Below, in pieces: positions 9,187-19,046 of a stretch of DNA of 64,000 nucleotides. Both the position numbers and the translations under genes were made by a program. Below the pieces are notes generated by a model. That model worked only from the letters and a program-made list of their open reading frames with translations. It did no database searches and had not been told where the DNA came from. This DNA is from an uncultured delta proteobacterium (GTDB taxonomy: Bacteria > Desulfobacterota > RBG-13-43-22). Within the stretch, counting starts at the first letter, position 1; each line of letters begins with the position of its first letter. The stretch is taken from NCBI GenBank assembly GCA_963843145.1, contig CAWJJC010000020.1:101398-165397 (forward strand), in the 5' to 3' direction.

Positions 9187-9846
9187 GTGAAACGATACAT
9201 CGTCATTGGATTGGGAAATTTTGGCTTCTATGTGGCCAAGACGCTCTATGAGGACGGCCACGAGGTCCTGGCCATCGATCGCAACCGGGACCGGATTGCC
9301 CGCATCCAGGATCTGGTCAGCGAGGCCATGATCCTCGATGCCATCCACCGGGAATCCCTCAAAGGATTGGGGGTCGCCGCGGCCGAGGCCGTAGTAGTGA
9401 GCATGGGAGACGACATCAGCAACTCCATTTTGACCACCCTTTATTTGAAAGAGCTGGGGGCCCGGAAAATCGTGGTCAAGTGCCAGGATGAGGACCACGG
9501 ACGGATCCTGGAAAAACTTGGGGCCAATGAGATCATCTTCCCCGAAAAGGCCATGGGCCTGAAGGTGGGCAAGGGGCTCTCCCGAGGGAATATCCTGGAC
9601 TTCATTCCTTTGTCTGAAGACTACACGATTATCGAGACCGCCGCGCCCAAAGAATTTTTGGGTAAATCGTTAAAGGAGTTAAAACTAAAAACCATCTACC
9701 AGGTCTACATCATCGCCGTCAATCAATTGATTCCCCCGGCCTTCATCCTCTCCCCCCCCGGAGATTTTGTCATCAAGGACTCGGATGGCCTGGTGCTGCT
9801 GGGAAGAGAAAAAGATATCCAGCGAATCAATGGCCTGGTCACCTAA
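9187..9846 (+). CDS. trkA: TrkA/KtrA K+ uptake regulatory subunit (RCK N + C domains)
   Basis: 219-aa ORF with a Rossmann motif IVIGLGNFG at the N-terminus and a TrkA-C-like C-terminus. GTG start. Confidence 0.9.
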   Translation: MKRYIVIGLGNFGFYVAKTLYEDGHEVLAIDRNRDRIARIQDLVSEAMILDAIHRESLKGLGVAAAEAVVVSMGDDISNSILTTLYLKELGARKIVVKCQDEDHGRILEKLGANEIIFPEKAMGLKVGKGLSRGNILDFIPLSEDYTIIETAAPKEFLGKSLKELKLKTIYQVYIIAVNQLIPPAFILSPPGDFVIKDSDGLVLLGREKDIQRINGLVT

Positions 9847-9953
9847 TTTGTATGCGAATAAAATCCAAACCCCCTGTCAAGGCGACCCCGGACTTGATCC
9901 GGGGGAAACAATCTCCCGGTGGAACTTAGGAAAGGGTAGAGGTTTAATCGGCA

Positions 9954-10475
9954 GTGAAAATATTGGACATTGGCTGTGGGAATAGAAAGATGGCGGGGGC
10001 CGTGGGGATTGACCTCAGCCCGGATTGCCAAGCCGATATCATTCACGATCTGAATTGCTTTCCTTATCCTTTGCCAGCCAATGAATTTGATCGAATTTAC
10101 TGTCTGGATGTACTGGAACACCTACAGGACGTTATCAGGACCATGGAGGAAATTCACCGCTTGGCCCGGAAAGGGGCCGGGGTATTCATTCGGGTCCCCC
10201 ATTTTACCAGCACCCTGGCCTATGGGGATCCTACCCACCGGCATTTTTTTAATACCCAGTCCCTGGATTATTTTTGTGGCGGATTCAAGGAATATGATTT
10301 TTATTCTAAGGTTGCCTTTAAAAAAAATAGGGTGCGCCTGAATTTCTGGAAAATCCATCGCCTCAGTGGGATCTCCCTTTTAGCCAATCGCTTTCCGCTC
10401 TATTATGAAAAACTTTTTGCCTTTATTTTTCCGGCCATGAATATTGAATTTGAACTGGAAGTCATTAAAGAATGA
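9954..10475 (+). CDS. class I SAM-dependent methyltransferase
   Basis: 173-aa ORF with motif I ILDIGCGN and a downstream LDVLEHL motif (Methyltransf_11-like). Confidence 0.8.
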   Translation: MKILDIGCGNRKMAGAVGIDLSPDCQADIIHDLNCFPYPLPANEFDRIYCLDVLEHLQDVIRTMEEIHRLARKGAGVFIRVPHFTSTLAYGDPTHRHFFNTQSLDYFCGGFKEYDFYSKVAFKKNRVRLNFWKIHRLSGISLLANRFPLYYEKLFAFIFPAMNIEFELEVIKE

Positions 10476-10668
10476 TTTTTTGCCTAGCCGTCATCAGATA
10501 GCGATCGAGATACATGAATTACGACTGGATATTCATACAGCCCGGTTCAATTCATCTGGCCATAAAACAACTTTTTAAATTAAATCAACAGGTTTAAAAG
10601 CGACTGACGGCTGGCATGAGGATTGCTTCCCTACCTTCCATATCAATTCAGGGAAGGGAGACAGTGAT

Positions 10669-11466
10669 ATGAAACGGTTAGCTTTGTTGTTATTGGGGGT
10701 GCTTTTTATTTGGGGGTGCGCCGGGGAGCCGAAAATGCTGCCCATGCGGGATACCGGTCTGGATCCGGCCGGACCGGAAAAAGGGATGAAGACGGTTGAG
10801 TTCCCCAAGGGAACCTGGACCGGTACAGCCTCCACCGAACAGGCCGGCGTCCTGGCCGTGACATTTGTTAATTCCCACAATATGGCCATGCGGGAATTTG
10901 ACCAGGTGAAGGATAACCAGGAAAAGATTAAGGGGTCCCTGCAAAACTTGAAGGAGGCCGCTCAGAGACTGGAGGAGTCCAACCAGAAGATCCTGGCCTC
11001 AGCCCAAAAGAATCAGGATTCGGCCGAGAAGAGCCTGATGCGCATCGAAAAGTTGTCGAAAGAGCAGGGGACCGGCGAAATTACCTTGTTCTACCCCACC
11101 GGGTCCGGAAAAATTGCCGAAGGGTCCCTGGAATACCGTCGACTGGTCGAATTTGTGGATTACCTCTCCCGAGAGAGCCGCGGCCGGAAGGTGCTGTTTG
11201 TCAACATCGGCAGCGCCTCGACGACCGGCCATAAGAGAACAAATATGAAGCTGGCCAAAGCCCGTTCGGAATTTCCCCTTCAAGTCATCGATAAATATTT
11301 GGTCAATGTACCCCACGAGTATTATAAAGTCTATGGAGTGGGAGACCAATACAGCCCCAAAAAAGCAACCAGGAAAGAACACCTGCGCTACCAGCATAAC
11401 CGGTTGATCGCCGTTTATGAAACAGATCAGGTGCCGGCAGTCCCGGAAGAACCGATGAAAAAATAA
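10669..11466 (+). CDS. probable lipoprotein with coiled-coil region and OmpA-C-like tail
   Basis: Signal peptide MKRLALLLLGVLFIWGC with a lipobox-like Cys, a Q/E/K-rich helical middle, and a C-terminal TNMKLAKARSE that loosely resembles the OmpA-like N..LS..RA motif. Confidence 0.5.
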   Translation: MKRLALLLLGVLFIWGCAGEPKMLPMRDTGLDPAGPEKGMKTVEFPKGTWTGTASTEQAGVLAVTFVNSHNMAMREFDQVKDNQEKIKGSLQNLKEAAQRLEESNQKILASAQKNQDSAEKSLMRIEKLSKEQGTGEITLFYPTGSGKIAEGSLEYRRLVEFVDYLSRESRGRKVLFVNIGSASTTGHKRTNMKLAKARSEFPLQVIDKYLVNVPHEYYKVYGVGDQYSPKKATRKEHLRYQHNRLIAVYETDQVPAVPEEPMKK

Positions 11467-11499
11467 TTTTTACAAATCGTACGAATCCTATTATAAAAA

Positions 11500-11540
11500 G
11501 GGGGGCGGTCTGGAAATAAACCGCCTCCTTTTCTTTTGGT
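11500..11540 (+). terminator. intrinsic terminator candidate
   Basis: GGGGGCGGT-loop-ACCGCCTCC hairpin followed by TTTTCTTTTGGTTGTTTTTTT, downstream of the lipoprotein gene. Confidence 0.6.
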
Positions 11541-11549
11541 TGTTTTTTT

Positions 11550-12641
11550 ATGACCAACCAGTCCCTTTTTCCTTCTAAAAAGTTAGTATCCTGGTTTAAT
11601 AAAAATCAGCGGACGATGCCCTGGCGCAGCGACCGCCATCCCTATACCGTTTGGGTGTCGGAGATTATGCTCCAGCAGACCCGGGTAGACCAGGTGGAGC
11701 CCTATTACCGGCGGTTCATGGCCTGGTTTCCCGATACTCGGGCACTGGCGCGGGCGCCGCTGGAGAAAGTGCTCAAGGCTTGGGAGGGGCTGGGATATTA
11801 CAGCCGGGCCCGTCACCTGCACCGGAGCGCCCAAGAAATAGTCAACCAGCACGGCGGAATCTTCCCGGACCGCTACGCCGAACTGGTTGCGCTTCCCGGC
11901 ATCGGACGCTCGACCGCCGGTGCCATCTTAAGCCTGGCCTTTGACCGGCCTTATCCGGTGTTGGACGGCAATATCAAAAGGGTCCTGATCCGTTTTTACC
12001 ACATCGGTCGGCCGGTGGGCGAGGCGGTCACGTTAAACGAATTGTGGCGGAGGGCCGAAGAGTTGCTACCTTCCCGGAAACCCGGGCGGTTCAATGAGGC
12101 CCTGATGGAACTGGGCGCCCTGGTCTGCCTGCCGAGGAACCCGGCTTGCGGTCACTGTCCTTTGCGGGAGGCCTGCCTGGCCCTTCTCCGCGGAGATCCT
12201 GACAAACTGCCGGTTAAGGCTCCGCGTCGGAAAATTCCCCACTACCAGGTCACGGCGGCCGTGATCCGGAAAGGCAAAAAGATTTTGATCACCCGGCGGC
12301 CGGAAAAAGGGCTTCTGGGCGGGTTATGGGAATTCCCCGGGGGTAAGCAAAAACCGGGAGAATCCTTAGAAGAATGTCTGAAGCGGGAGATTGAGGAAGA
12401 GTTGGGAATTGAGATCTCGGTGGGCGAGTCGTTTATGCAGGTCAACCACGCCTACAGTCATTTCAAAATTACCCTGCACCCCTTTTTCTGCCGTCACCTG
12501 AAAGGCCGCATACAAAAAATTGGGGTTATGGACTACCGCTGGGTGACTTCGGCGGAGCTGAGCGAATATGCCTTTCCCCGAGCCGACCAGCGGGTGATCG
12601 CCTACCTGGCGACGGGTGGAATGCAAACCAAAAGTAGTTAA
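11550..12641 (+). CDS. mutY: A/G-specific adenine DNA glycosylase
   Basis: 363-aa ORF with PWR...PY.VWVSEIMLQQTRV, a helix-hairpin-helix, the C-x6-C-x2-C-x5-C Fe-S loop (CLPRNPACGHCPLREAC) and a C-terminal NUDIX-like domain. Confidence 0.9.
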   Translation: MTNQSLFPSKKLVSWFNKNQRTMPWRSDRHPYTVWVSEIMLQQTRVDQVEPYYRRFMAWFPDTRALARAPLEKVLKAWEGLGYYSRARHLHRSAQEIVNQHGGIFPDRYAELVALPGIGRSTAGAILSLAFDRPYPVLDGNIKRVLIRFYHIGRPVGEAVTLNELWRRAEELLPSRKPGRFNEALMELGALVCLPRNPACGHCPLREACLALLRGDPDKLPVKAPRRKIPHYQVTAAVIRKGKKILITRRPEKGLLGGLWEFPGGKQKPGESLEECLKREIEEELGIEISVGESFMQVNHAYSHFKITLHPFFCRHLKGRIQKIGVMDYRWVTSAELSEYAFPRADQRVIAYLATGGMQTKSS

Positions 12642-12720
12642 AAATAAGAATAAAATTTACACCCCCTCAGCCGGCGCGCAGGATCAAAGGGAGGTAGATC
12701 CTCAGCGGCACCTGGAGCGC

Positions 12721-12948
12721 CTACAACTCATAGCCCTGTACCCCGTCGTTGGCGGTAAAATACAGGGTTTGGCCGTTTACGAATAACTATTGCGGCCAAC
12801 CACCTCCGGTAGGATTGATGTCGCAGACCATGCTCGTGCCGGTTTCCGTGCTGTCGCTCTGCCACAACTCGCGGCCATGGAATCGATCGTCGGTGGGGTG
12901 AGCGATCCCCTCAGCCATTAACCCGCGGTGGGCGATGAGGTTGGCCAT
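12721..12948 (-). pseudogene. remnant of an ELWxxDG-repeat protein gene
   Basis: Hand translation of the minus strand gives ..FHGRELWQSDSTETGTSMVCDINPTGGGWPQ*LFVNGQTLYFTANDGVQGYEL*. This matches the ELWxSDGT / NG.LFF.A.DG repeat unit but has two in-frame stops and no full-length ORF. Confidence 0.45.
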
Positions 12949-12981
12949 CTAGCCCGACATGAACAAGCGCTTGCTGATCGG

Positions 12982-14082
12982 TCAATGCACCTCGGCCGGC
13001 AAGAACTTGAACGGTTCAGCCGGTTTGAATTGGCTCGCGGCATTTCCGGAATAAAAAGTTCCTCCGGTCAGCGTCAGCCTTAGGGCGGGTTTTCCCGCGG
13101 CCAGATCCAGGTCGGCCAGATCGACCCAGAACACATTCGGACTGCGCGCCGAATCGAAGTAGTAGCGCTTGTTTTTGTGGTCCGACACCGTGCGCCAAAG
13201 GGTCGAGGAAATATTGGGTTGACCGGGCGTCTTGATCCCTAAGGGCACCGACACATTCCGAATCACCGAGAAGACGCTCGCAATCGCCTCGGCCCTATTG
13301 GCCGTCTTGGGGATGGCGTTGATATAGAAGGAAGCGCGCGCGAATCGATCTGCCGATCGGTTGGTGCCGGGCAACATAACGAGCCCGCCGATCTGTTGCC
13401 AGTAGGCATTCAGCGCGAGCTGCTGATCGAACTTCGGAGAATTCGTCATGACCTGATATTGACGTCCATGATGAATCGTCAATTTTCCCTCGATATATTC
13501 CAGTATAGCCGAGTCACCGGTTGAATCCGACATCGACAGATGGACGCTGCCGGCATGACCGTCCGGCGATTTGACCGGAACTACGTAGAACGGCTCCTGA
13601 CGAAGCGCGGCCACCGCCTCCGCGACCGTGGCGTAATTGTCGAGCACGTATTGCACCCAAACCGAGATGGACAAGGGGAGGCGTTGGTCATTAGCCGCGG
13701 GCTGAGGATATTCGGATTCCGCCAGGTACAAGAGGTTGGCCACCAGACCCTGATCATTCAGGCCATCGGCCGTGCCGGCCTCGAATACCGAGGTGATGAC
13801 GCTGCCGTATTTCGACGTCCAGCGGATCGATCTGCTGCCCGCCGCCCCGTCGCGCTGCATGCCGCGAGGGAAGGCCCAGAGGTTCGATCCCATGTCCGAC
13901 AACCAGTCCATGCTACGGGCGGTGATGATGGTTCCTTCGGGCCCGAGATAAACCGCTCGAGTGCAGGTTTGAGCCTCTGGCATCAATGCGATCGTCAGGG
14001 CAAAAAAAATCATCGCGGCCCAGAGGGCCGGTTTCGTCCATTGTATTTTCATAATTCGTCCTCCGGCTTTGATGTAATTCAT
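12982..14082 (-). CDS. secreted linear amide C-N hydrolase, choloylglycine hydrolase (Ntn) family
   Basis: 366-aa ORF. A signal peptide is followed by CTRAVY (N-terminal nucleophile Cys) and SMDW, typical of penicillin V acylase/bile-salt-hydrolase-like proteins. Confidence 0.8.
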   Translation of the reverse strand: MNYIKAGGRIMKIQWTKPALWAAMIFFALTIALMPEAQTCTRAVYLGPEGTIITARSMDWLSDMGSNLWAFPRGMQRDGAAGSRSIRWTSKYGSVITSVFEAGTADGLNDQGLVANLLYLAESEYPQPAANDQRLPLSISVWVQYVLDNYATVAEAVAALRQEPFYVVPVKSPDGHAGSVHLSMSDSTGDSAILEYIEGKLTIHHGRQYQVMTNSPKFDQQLALNAYWQQIGGLVMLPGTNRSADRFARASFYINAIPKTANRAEAIASVFSVIRNVSVPLGIKTPGQPNISSTLWRTVSDHKNKRYYFDSARSPNVFWVDLADLDLAAGKPALRLTLTGGTFYSGNAASQFKPAEPFKFLPAEVH

Positions 14083-14990
14083 CCTTGGTATTTAAGGAAA
14101 GTCCCCTGTTGATACTCTTCGAAGGCTATTTGTAATTCTTCATTGGTGTTCATGACTATGGGTCCATACCAGGCAACCGGTTCACCAATAGGCTTGCCGG
14201 AAATCAGGAGGAATCTCACCTTATGCCCTTCGGTAGAGACCAAAATCTCGTCACCGTCAGCGAACAGAACAAGCGTCTCGTTGCTGACAAAGGGGTCGCG
14301 CTGAAGGTCAAAGTAGTTCCTTCCCACCACTTCGTAGCTAAAAGGATTTTTTTCCTTACAGAAATATCCCTGGCCTTCGATCAGGTAAGCGAAGACCGTA
14401 TGGCCCCGTTTCGTGGGGTGCCGGAACTCTGAATGGGCCGGAACGGTAACGTCGATGAACTCGGGATCAATGACGATATCCAGTACCGGACCTTTAATGC
14501 CGGATACTTCACCGGAAATGATCTTGATGGTCGCACCGTTGGGGAGTTTGACTTCGGGTATCTGTTCGCTCGTTACATCTCGATAGCGCGGGTCCATCAT
14601 CTTGTCCCGGGAGGGCAGATTGGCCCAGAGTTGAAACCCGTACATTTTTCCGTTTCGATCGCCTTTTGGCATTTCCTGGTGGATGATCCCGCTGCCGGCA
14701 GTCATCCACTGTACATCCCCCGAGCCGATAATCCCTTTGTTTCCAAGACTGTCACCGTGTTCGACGTCTCCCTCCAGAACATAGGTGATTGTTTCGATCC
14801 CGCGATGAGGATGCCAGGGGAAACCTCTCAGATAATGATCCGGATTATCAGAACGGAAATCGTCCAGAAGCAGAAAAGGATCGAACAGGGGCACCTCAGC
14901 GTTCCCCAGAGCCCTTTTCAGGTGAACACCGGCGCCTTCAATCGTTGGTTTGCTCTTTAGAACTTTACGGATTTGTCGAGTGGTAGGCAT
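14079..14990 (-). CDS. pirin family protein
   Basis: 303-aa ORF with the bicupin metal motif HPHRGIETITYVLEG..H.D and the overall pirin pattern. Confidence 0.9.
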   Translation of the reverse strand: MPTTRQIRKVLKSKPTIEGAGVHLKRALGNAEVPLFDPFLLLDDFRSDNPDHYLRGFPWHPHRGIETITYVLEGDVEHGDSLGNKGIIGSGDVQWMTAGSGIIHQEMPKGDRNGKMYGFQLWANLPSRDKMMDPRYRDVTSEQIPEVKLPNGATIKIISGEVSGIKGPVLDIVIDPEFIDVTVPAHSEFRHPTKRGHTVFAYLIEGQGYFCKEKNPFSYEVVGRNYFDLQRDPFVSNETLVLFADGDEILVSTEGHKVRFLLISGKPIGEPVAWYGPIVMNTNEELQIAFEEYQQGTFLKYQG

Positions 14991-15534
14991 CGCAAGTCCT
15001 TTCTTCGTGAAAAATAAGACTTCATCCTGTCTGAAGTGATTAAGCGGCCGGAGGTCGGCTGTCGAGAATAACTCATTGTTTTTTTTGTCTTTTCAATTTA
15101 ATAGAATTATAGGTTGACAAATGAGGATCGGTCAAGAAAATATTGAGGAGCACATTTATTAGATGAACACGGGGAGGGAATCCAGGTGGTCAGGCAGATT
15201 AGAAGAGCGCAAAGGGTAGACGCGGATTTTCTGGCCAAAATCATCCTCATGGGTTGATTTTACTTTATCCCCCGGTTCTATGACCCCGGGGATGAGGTTA
15301 TCTTCATTTTCTTTTTGACGGAAGCCCCATGAGAAGTTACTATGGTGCCCTTGGCAAAGGTAAGCTCTTGCTTGGGCCGAGGAATTTCGTCTGAAAATTT
15401 ACTCATTGCAGGAGGGCAAGGTGTTCTTGAGCCCTGCCGGCCGGATAGAGAACCTAGACAGCTTGTTGATCGAGATCAGAAAACGGGCTAAGCACGCCAA
15501 CCGATAAAAAAGACGAAGGCATCGGAATCCGATC

Positions 15535-16446
15535 ATGACTGAAAAACCCGAGATCTTGACGACCCTGGCCGAAAGCCATTTGTTCGGCCATTTAAATCCT
15601 GAAATCCTGAAAGCCATTTCGGAAATTGTCCAGGAGGTCGTCTTCCCTCCCGACACCACCATTGGTACGATGGGGGAGAAGGGAAAACCCTGTTGCCTCA
15701 TTGCCTCCGGTCGGGTGAAGCTGTTCCGAACAAGCAAATCCGGGGCCGAGGTCGATCTGGTCCAATTGGTTGCCGGCGAGAGTTTCGGAGAAGTGGCCCT
15801 TTTGTCGGATGAACCGATCCCGGCTTCGGTAAAAAGCGTGGAAGAAACCCGGTTGCTCGTGATATCCAAAGATAGGTTTGATCCCCTGATGAGGCAATAT
15901 CCTGAGATCAAAGAGGCTGTCGGCAAAGGGGTTTTGAGCTGGTTCCAGCGGGCCACTGCCAATATGGAAGGTCAGGCCGAGCTTCGAGCCAAGGATTCTC
16001 GCCTAAGATGGATCGACTTGGCCATCATTATCGGTCTCAGCCTCCTGTGCGCCCTGGCTTTTAATCATTCCAACCCCAAAGGGATACCTCTTATTCCCCA
16101 ACGCGCTACCTTGGAAGGCGTTTCCTTTTTAAATCCCTCGGCCGTCTTCGAGAAACAGAAAAGAGGAGAAGTCCTTATCGTCGATGCCCTGCCTGCTATC
16201 TTTTATGATCAGGCGCATATCGCGAATGCGGTGAACCTACCCTTGGCCATCTTTGACTTTATGTATGATATGAAATTGGGGAAAATGGACAAGACCAAAG
16301 CCATTGTGGTCTATGGGCGGACTATCAGCAGGCACTATGATGAGGAGGTGGCCACTAAATTGGTCATTCGAGGGTTCAAAAATGTGAGCATTCTAAATGG
16401 CGGGCTGGCCGCCTGGAAAAAAAATCACTATCCGGTGGCGCCATGA
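15535..16446 (+). CDS. cNMP-binding domain / TM segment / rhodanese-like domain protein
   Basis: N-terminal cNMP barrel (FGEVALLSDEPIPASV), one hydrophobic segment (WIDLAIIIGLSLLCALAF) and a C-terminal rhodanese fold (VDALP..Y...HI.NAVNLP ... VVYGRT...GGLAAW). The usual active-site Cys position reads G. Confidence 0.75.
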   Translation: MTEKPEILTTLAESHLFGHLNPEILKAISEIVQEVVFPPDTTIGTMGEKGKPCCLIASGRVKLFRTSKSGAEVDLVQLVAGESFGEVALLSDEPIPASVKSVEETRLLVISKDRFDPLMRQYPEIKEAVGKGVLSWFQRATANMEGQAELRAKDSRLRWIDLAIIIGLSLLCALAFNHSNPKGIPLIPQRATLEGVSFLNPSAVFEKQKRGEVLIVDALPAIFYDQAHIANAVNLPLAIFDFMYDMKLGKMDKTKAIVVYGRTISRHYDEEVATKLVIRGFKNVSILNGGLAAWKKNHYPVAP

Positions 16447-16952
16447 AGGTCCTGGTCTCGTTTATGAAAAGGATTTTTACCAGCCCCTACCTTTCGCTGG
16501 CCTTCAGAGTCTATATAGCCTGGATTTTTTTACAAGCCGGCCTGGGTAAGATACCCGATCCCGCCCTATTCGCGGAAAACGTGGCCGATTACCGGATTAT
16601 ACCCTTCCTGGCGATTAACCTGGTGGCCCTGGTCTTACCTTGGCTGGAATTGATCTGCGCCTTTTATCTTTTTTTCGGTCTCAAGTCCAAGGCGACGGCA
16701 GCGATTTTATCCGGACTCCTCTTCCTTTTCACCCTCTTCGTGATCATCAACGTCTTCCGGGGTGTATCCATGAATTGCGGTTGTTTTGATAACGTCGGAG
16801 AGCCCATAGGTTGGGCGAAAGTCACTCAGAACACGATTTGGCTTCTGATGACCATTCAAATATTTTTCTTTGACCGGATTCCTTTTTATCGCAGGAGCGA
16901 GTACCTGTTTAAGAAGAAGACGCCGGAGATAACTCTCGTTTCCTCTTCGTGA
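16443..16952 (+). CDS. MauE/DoxX family membrane protein
   Basis: 169-aa four-TM ORF whose start overlaps the preceding stop (ATGA). Contains a CGCF motif, as in MauE-like proteins. Confidence 0.65.
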   Translation: MKVLVSFMKRIFTSPYLSLAFRVYIAWIFLQAGLGKIPDPALFAENVADYRIIPFLAINLVALVLPWLELICAFYLFFGLKSKATAAILSGLLFLFTLFVIINVFRGVSMNCGCFDNVGEPIGWAKVTQNTIWLLMTIQIFFFDRIPFYRRSEYLFKKKTPEITLVSSS

Positions 16953-17305
16953 GGGAGACTATGCCCAGATCACCGAGATCGCTTAAGCGCTTTGTATTTC
17001 TGCTGACGGTTGTGATGTTGGTTACCGTAGCCTGCTCCCAGGAAGAAAAATTCTTAGGAACGTACACGCCCATCCCAAACAGCCCGCCGGAGTACTTCGA
17101 CCTGTATGTGGAATTAAAAAAAGGCGGGGAGGGTGTCCGCCGCTTTCAGAGCGGAGAACCCATGGCCTTTCATTGGGTCGTCAAAGGCGACGAAGTGCGG
17201 ATCCATACCAAATCCGGGGGAACTATTGTGGCCAGGAAGAAAGGAGATTTGTTTGAGGTAAGATTTCCCGGTCCCGAAGTGGTGTATTTTAGAAAGATTA
17301 AATAA
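16949..17305 (+). CDS. small probable lipoprotein
   Basis: 118-aa ORF with a signal peptide ending VTVAC. Translationally coupled to the MauE/DoxX gene. Confidence 0.45.
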   Translation: MRETMPRSPRSLKRFVFLLTVVMLVTVACSQEEKFLGTYTPIPNSPPEYFDLYVELKKGGEGVRRFQSGEPMAFHWVVKGDEVRIHTKSGGTIVARKKGDLFEVRFPGPEVVYFRKIK

Positions 17306-17494
17306 TTTTCGGTCACTTCGCCCTTAAGCGGGAGTGCCTCTCTTATCCGGCCTGGCCGCCTGGGTATCTTGGGACATGGCGGAGCCCACCAATGATTTTG
17401 AACTGCTGGAACTCTGGCAGACCTTCATGACCGGCAACTATTATTAGTATTTCCCCGCCAGGCCCAATGCCCGGCCACGCGAAGGCCCGTTGGA

Positions 17495-18109
17495 TTACCT
17501 CCCCTTTTTCCGGGGATCCCCCTTATCCAAAGGTGCGGCCGCTGACTTCCGGGCGCAATCAGGACAGAGACCACCCGGCGCCCCTGTTTCGGTTCGGGCC
17601 CGGACATACCGGCTGAGCAACTCCCGATAATCTTCATCATCCCGAAACTCCCCGCAGGACCGGCAGACCGGCAAGAGGGAAGATGTTTCTTCAATCTGTT
17701 CGAGAAGTTTATTTCTTTCTAGACGCATTTTCCGGTATCCATCCACATTACGACGAATAGTGGCTGTGGTCAAGGCATTGACCAGGAAAGTCACCAGACG
17801 GATGCCCATGTTCCAATAACGATAAAATTCGCTCGAATACCGGTAGGCGTTATAGTCGGCCAGGAACCAGGCCGCTGTCGAGGCGAAAGCAACGATCATC
17901 GCCGGGTAGAGACCCACATACCAGGCGGCCATGACGATCGGCACGAAATAAAAGACCAGGAAACCGAATTCATAGCGAGTCATATGGTCCAGCCACCCCA
18001 GGATAACCACTAATAACAGGCTTAACCCGAAGCAAACACGGCGATGGTTGTTGAGGAAAAAGCTGGCCTGCTGAAGTAGATTCTTGCAGAAATTCTCGCT
18101 CGGCTTCAT
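17495..18109 (-). CDS. membrane protein with C-terminal four-Cys RDD module
   Basis: 204-aa ORF with about four TM segments, then LLPVCRSCGEFRDDEDYRELLSRYV....GGLCPDCARK. Confidence 0.6.
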   Translation of the reverse strand: MKPSENFCKNLLQQASFFLNNHRRVCFGLSLLLVVILGWLDHMTRYEFGFLVFYFVPIVMAAWYVGLYPAMIVAFASTAAWFLADYNAYRYSSEFYRYWNMGIRLVTFLVNALTTATIRRNVDGYRKMRLERNKLLEQIEETSSLLPVCRSCGEFRDDEDYRELLSRYVRARTETGAPGGLCPDCARKSAAAPLDKGDPRKKGR

Positions 18110-18148
18110 AGGACAAACCCACTCAGACGGTTCGGTCTGTCCCCCGGA

Positions 18149-18201
18149 CCTCTTCTATTTCCGAGGTCCAGGAGCAGTCGATGCACCCCTTGATGGATTG
18201 A
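18149..18201 (-). repeat. displaced copy of the last ~17 codons of the osmC-like gene (direct repeat with 20749..20801)
   Basis: 53 bp with 2 mismatches against 20749..20801. The minus strand reads ..IQSIKGCIDCSWTSEIEE.. against ..YQSIKGCIDCSWTSEIEEG* in the intact gene. Confidence 0.85.
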
Positions 18202-18482
18202 ATAGTAATCTATCACCAGGCCCGGTGAACTACCACATCCGGCAGGGGATAGTGCTTTCATCGACCCGGGCCGATAATATCTTGTCCATTTTTAATCCCT
18301 CCCTAGCTTACGTTTACATAATAACGTAAGATTTTGTACGGATCAACGCCTTGTTGGCCGGGCTACCGGAAGAATTAACAATGAGAGATCCGCTAATTCC
18401 CGGTTGGCGTTTTCGAAGACGGCCCTGAAGGGGTTTGGAAGTGGTCTCGCCGGAGGGAGCGATAAATCTGCCGCACTACCTG

Positions 18483-19046
18483 TCACCGGCCGCCGAGTTC
18501 CTCCTCCAACTCCTCGACGACCTCTGCGACGAAATCGTGAAATCCCCAGCCGATGCCTTTGGTCATCTGCTCCACTCTGGCCAACCGGTCCCTGAATTGT
18601 GGATATATGCCCTGCGCCTTGCCACGCAACAGGGCGGCCAGTTCGTCCAGCGCCGACCCCACGCTGTTGTAGAACCGCTCGTCAATGTCCCCATACTTGC
18701 GGGTGAATCTCGTGCCGTTCTCCACATAGGTCATCAGCAGTTCCGCCTTACCGGAAAGGTTGCCCGTGGCTTTGTGGTAATCGTGGATAGCCTTGCGCGC
18801 TTCTCCCAGCTTCAGTTTGCCAAAGCCTCGTGTGGGAAAGAACTGCTCTACGATCTTGCTCCGATATCTTTCCAGGGCCTCGTTGCTGCCCTCTCCGGCC
18901 TGACAGCGGGCCTGGATAAAGTCCCGGTTCTCAGTGCCCGCTTCATAAAGGTCTTTCACCAGCGCGAGCAGCACGGGCTTCTCCCAGGCAGCGAGTTGTT
19001 GGCGGACCGCGCTCCAGCCGCTGGATTTCTTGGTTGCGTTTTTCAT
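18483..19046 (-). CDS. hypothetical all-helical protein
   Basis: 187-aa ORF whose start overlaps the stop of the upstream wHTH gene. I cannot name a family with certainty. Confidence 0.6.
   Translation of the reverse strand: MKNATKKSSGWSAVRQQLAAWEKPVLLALVKDLYEAGTENRDFIQARCQAGEGSNEALERYRSKIVEQFFPTRGFGKLKLGEARKAIHDYHKATGNLSGKAELLMTYVENGTRFTRKYGDIDERFYNSVGSALDELAALLRGKAQGIYPQFRDRLARVEQMTKGIGWGFHDFVAEVVEELEEELGGR

Noticed and set aside
15399-15962. A 187-aa minus-strand ORF overlapping the start of the cNMP/rhodanese gene.
   Set aside because: It overlaps a domain-supported plus-strand gene and has no recognisable motif. It is probably a shadow ORF.
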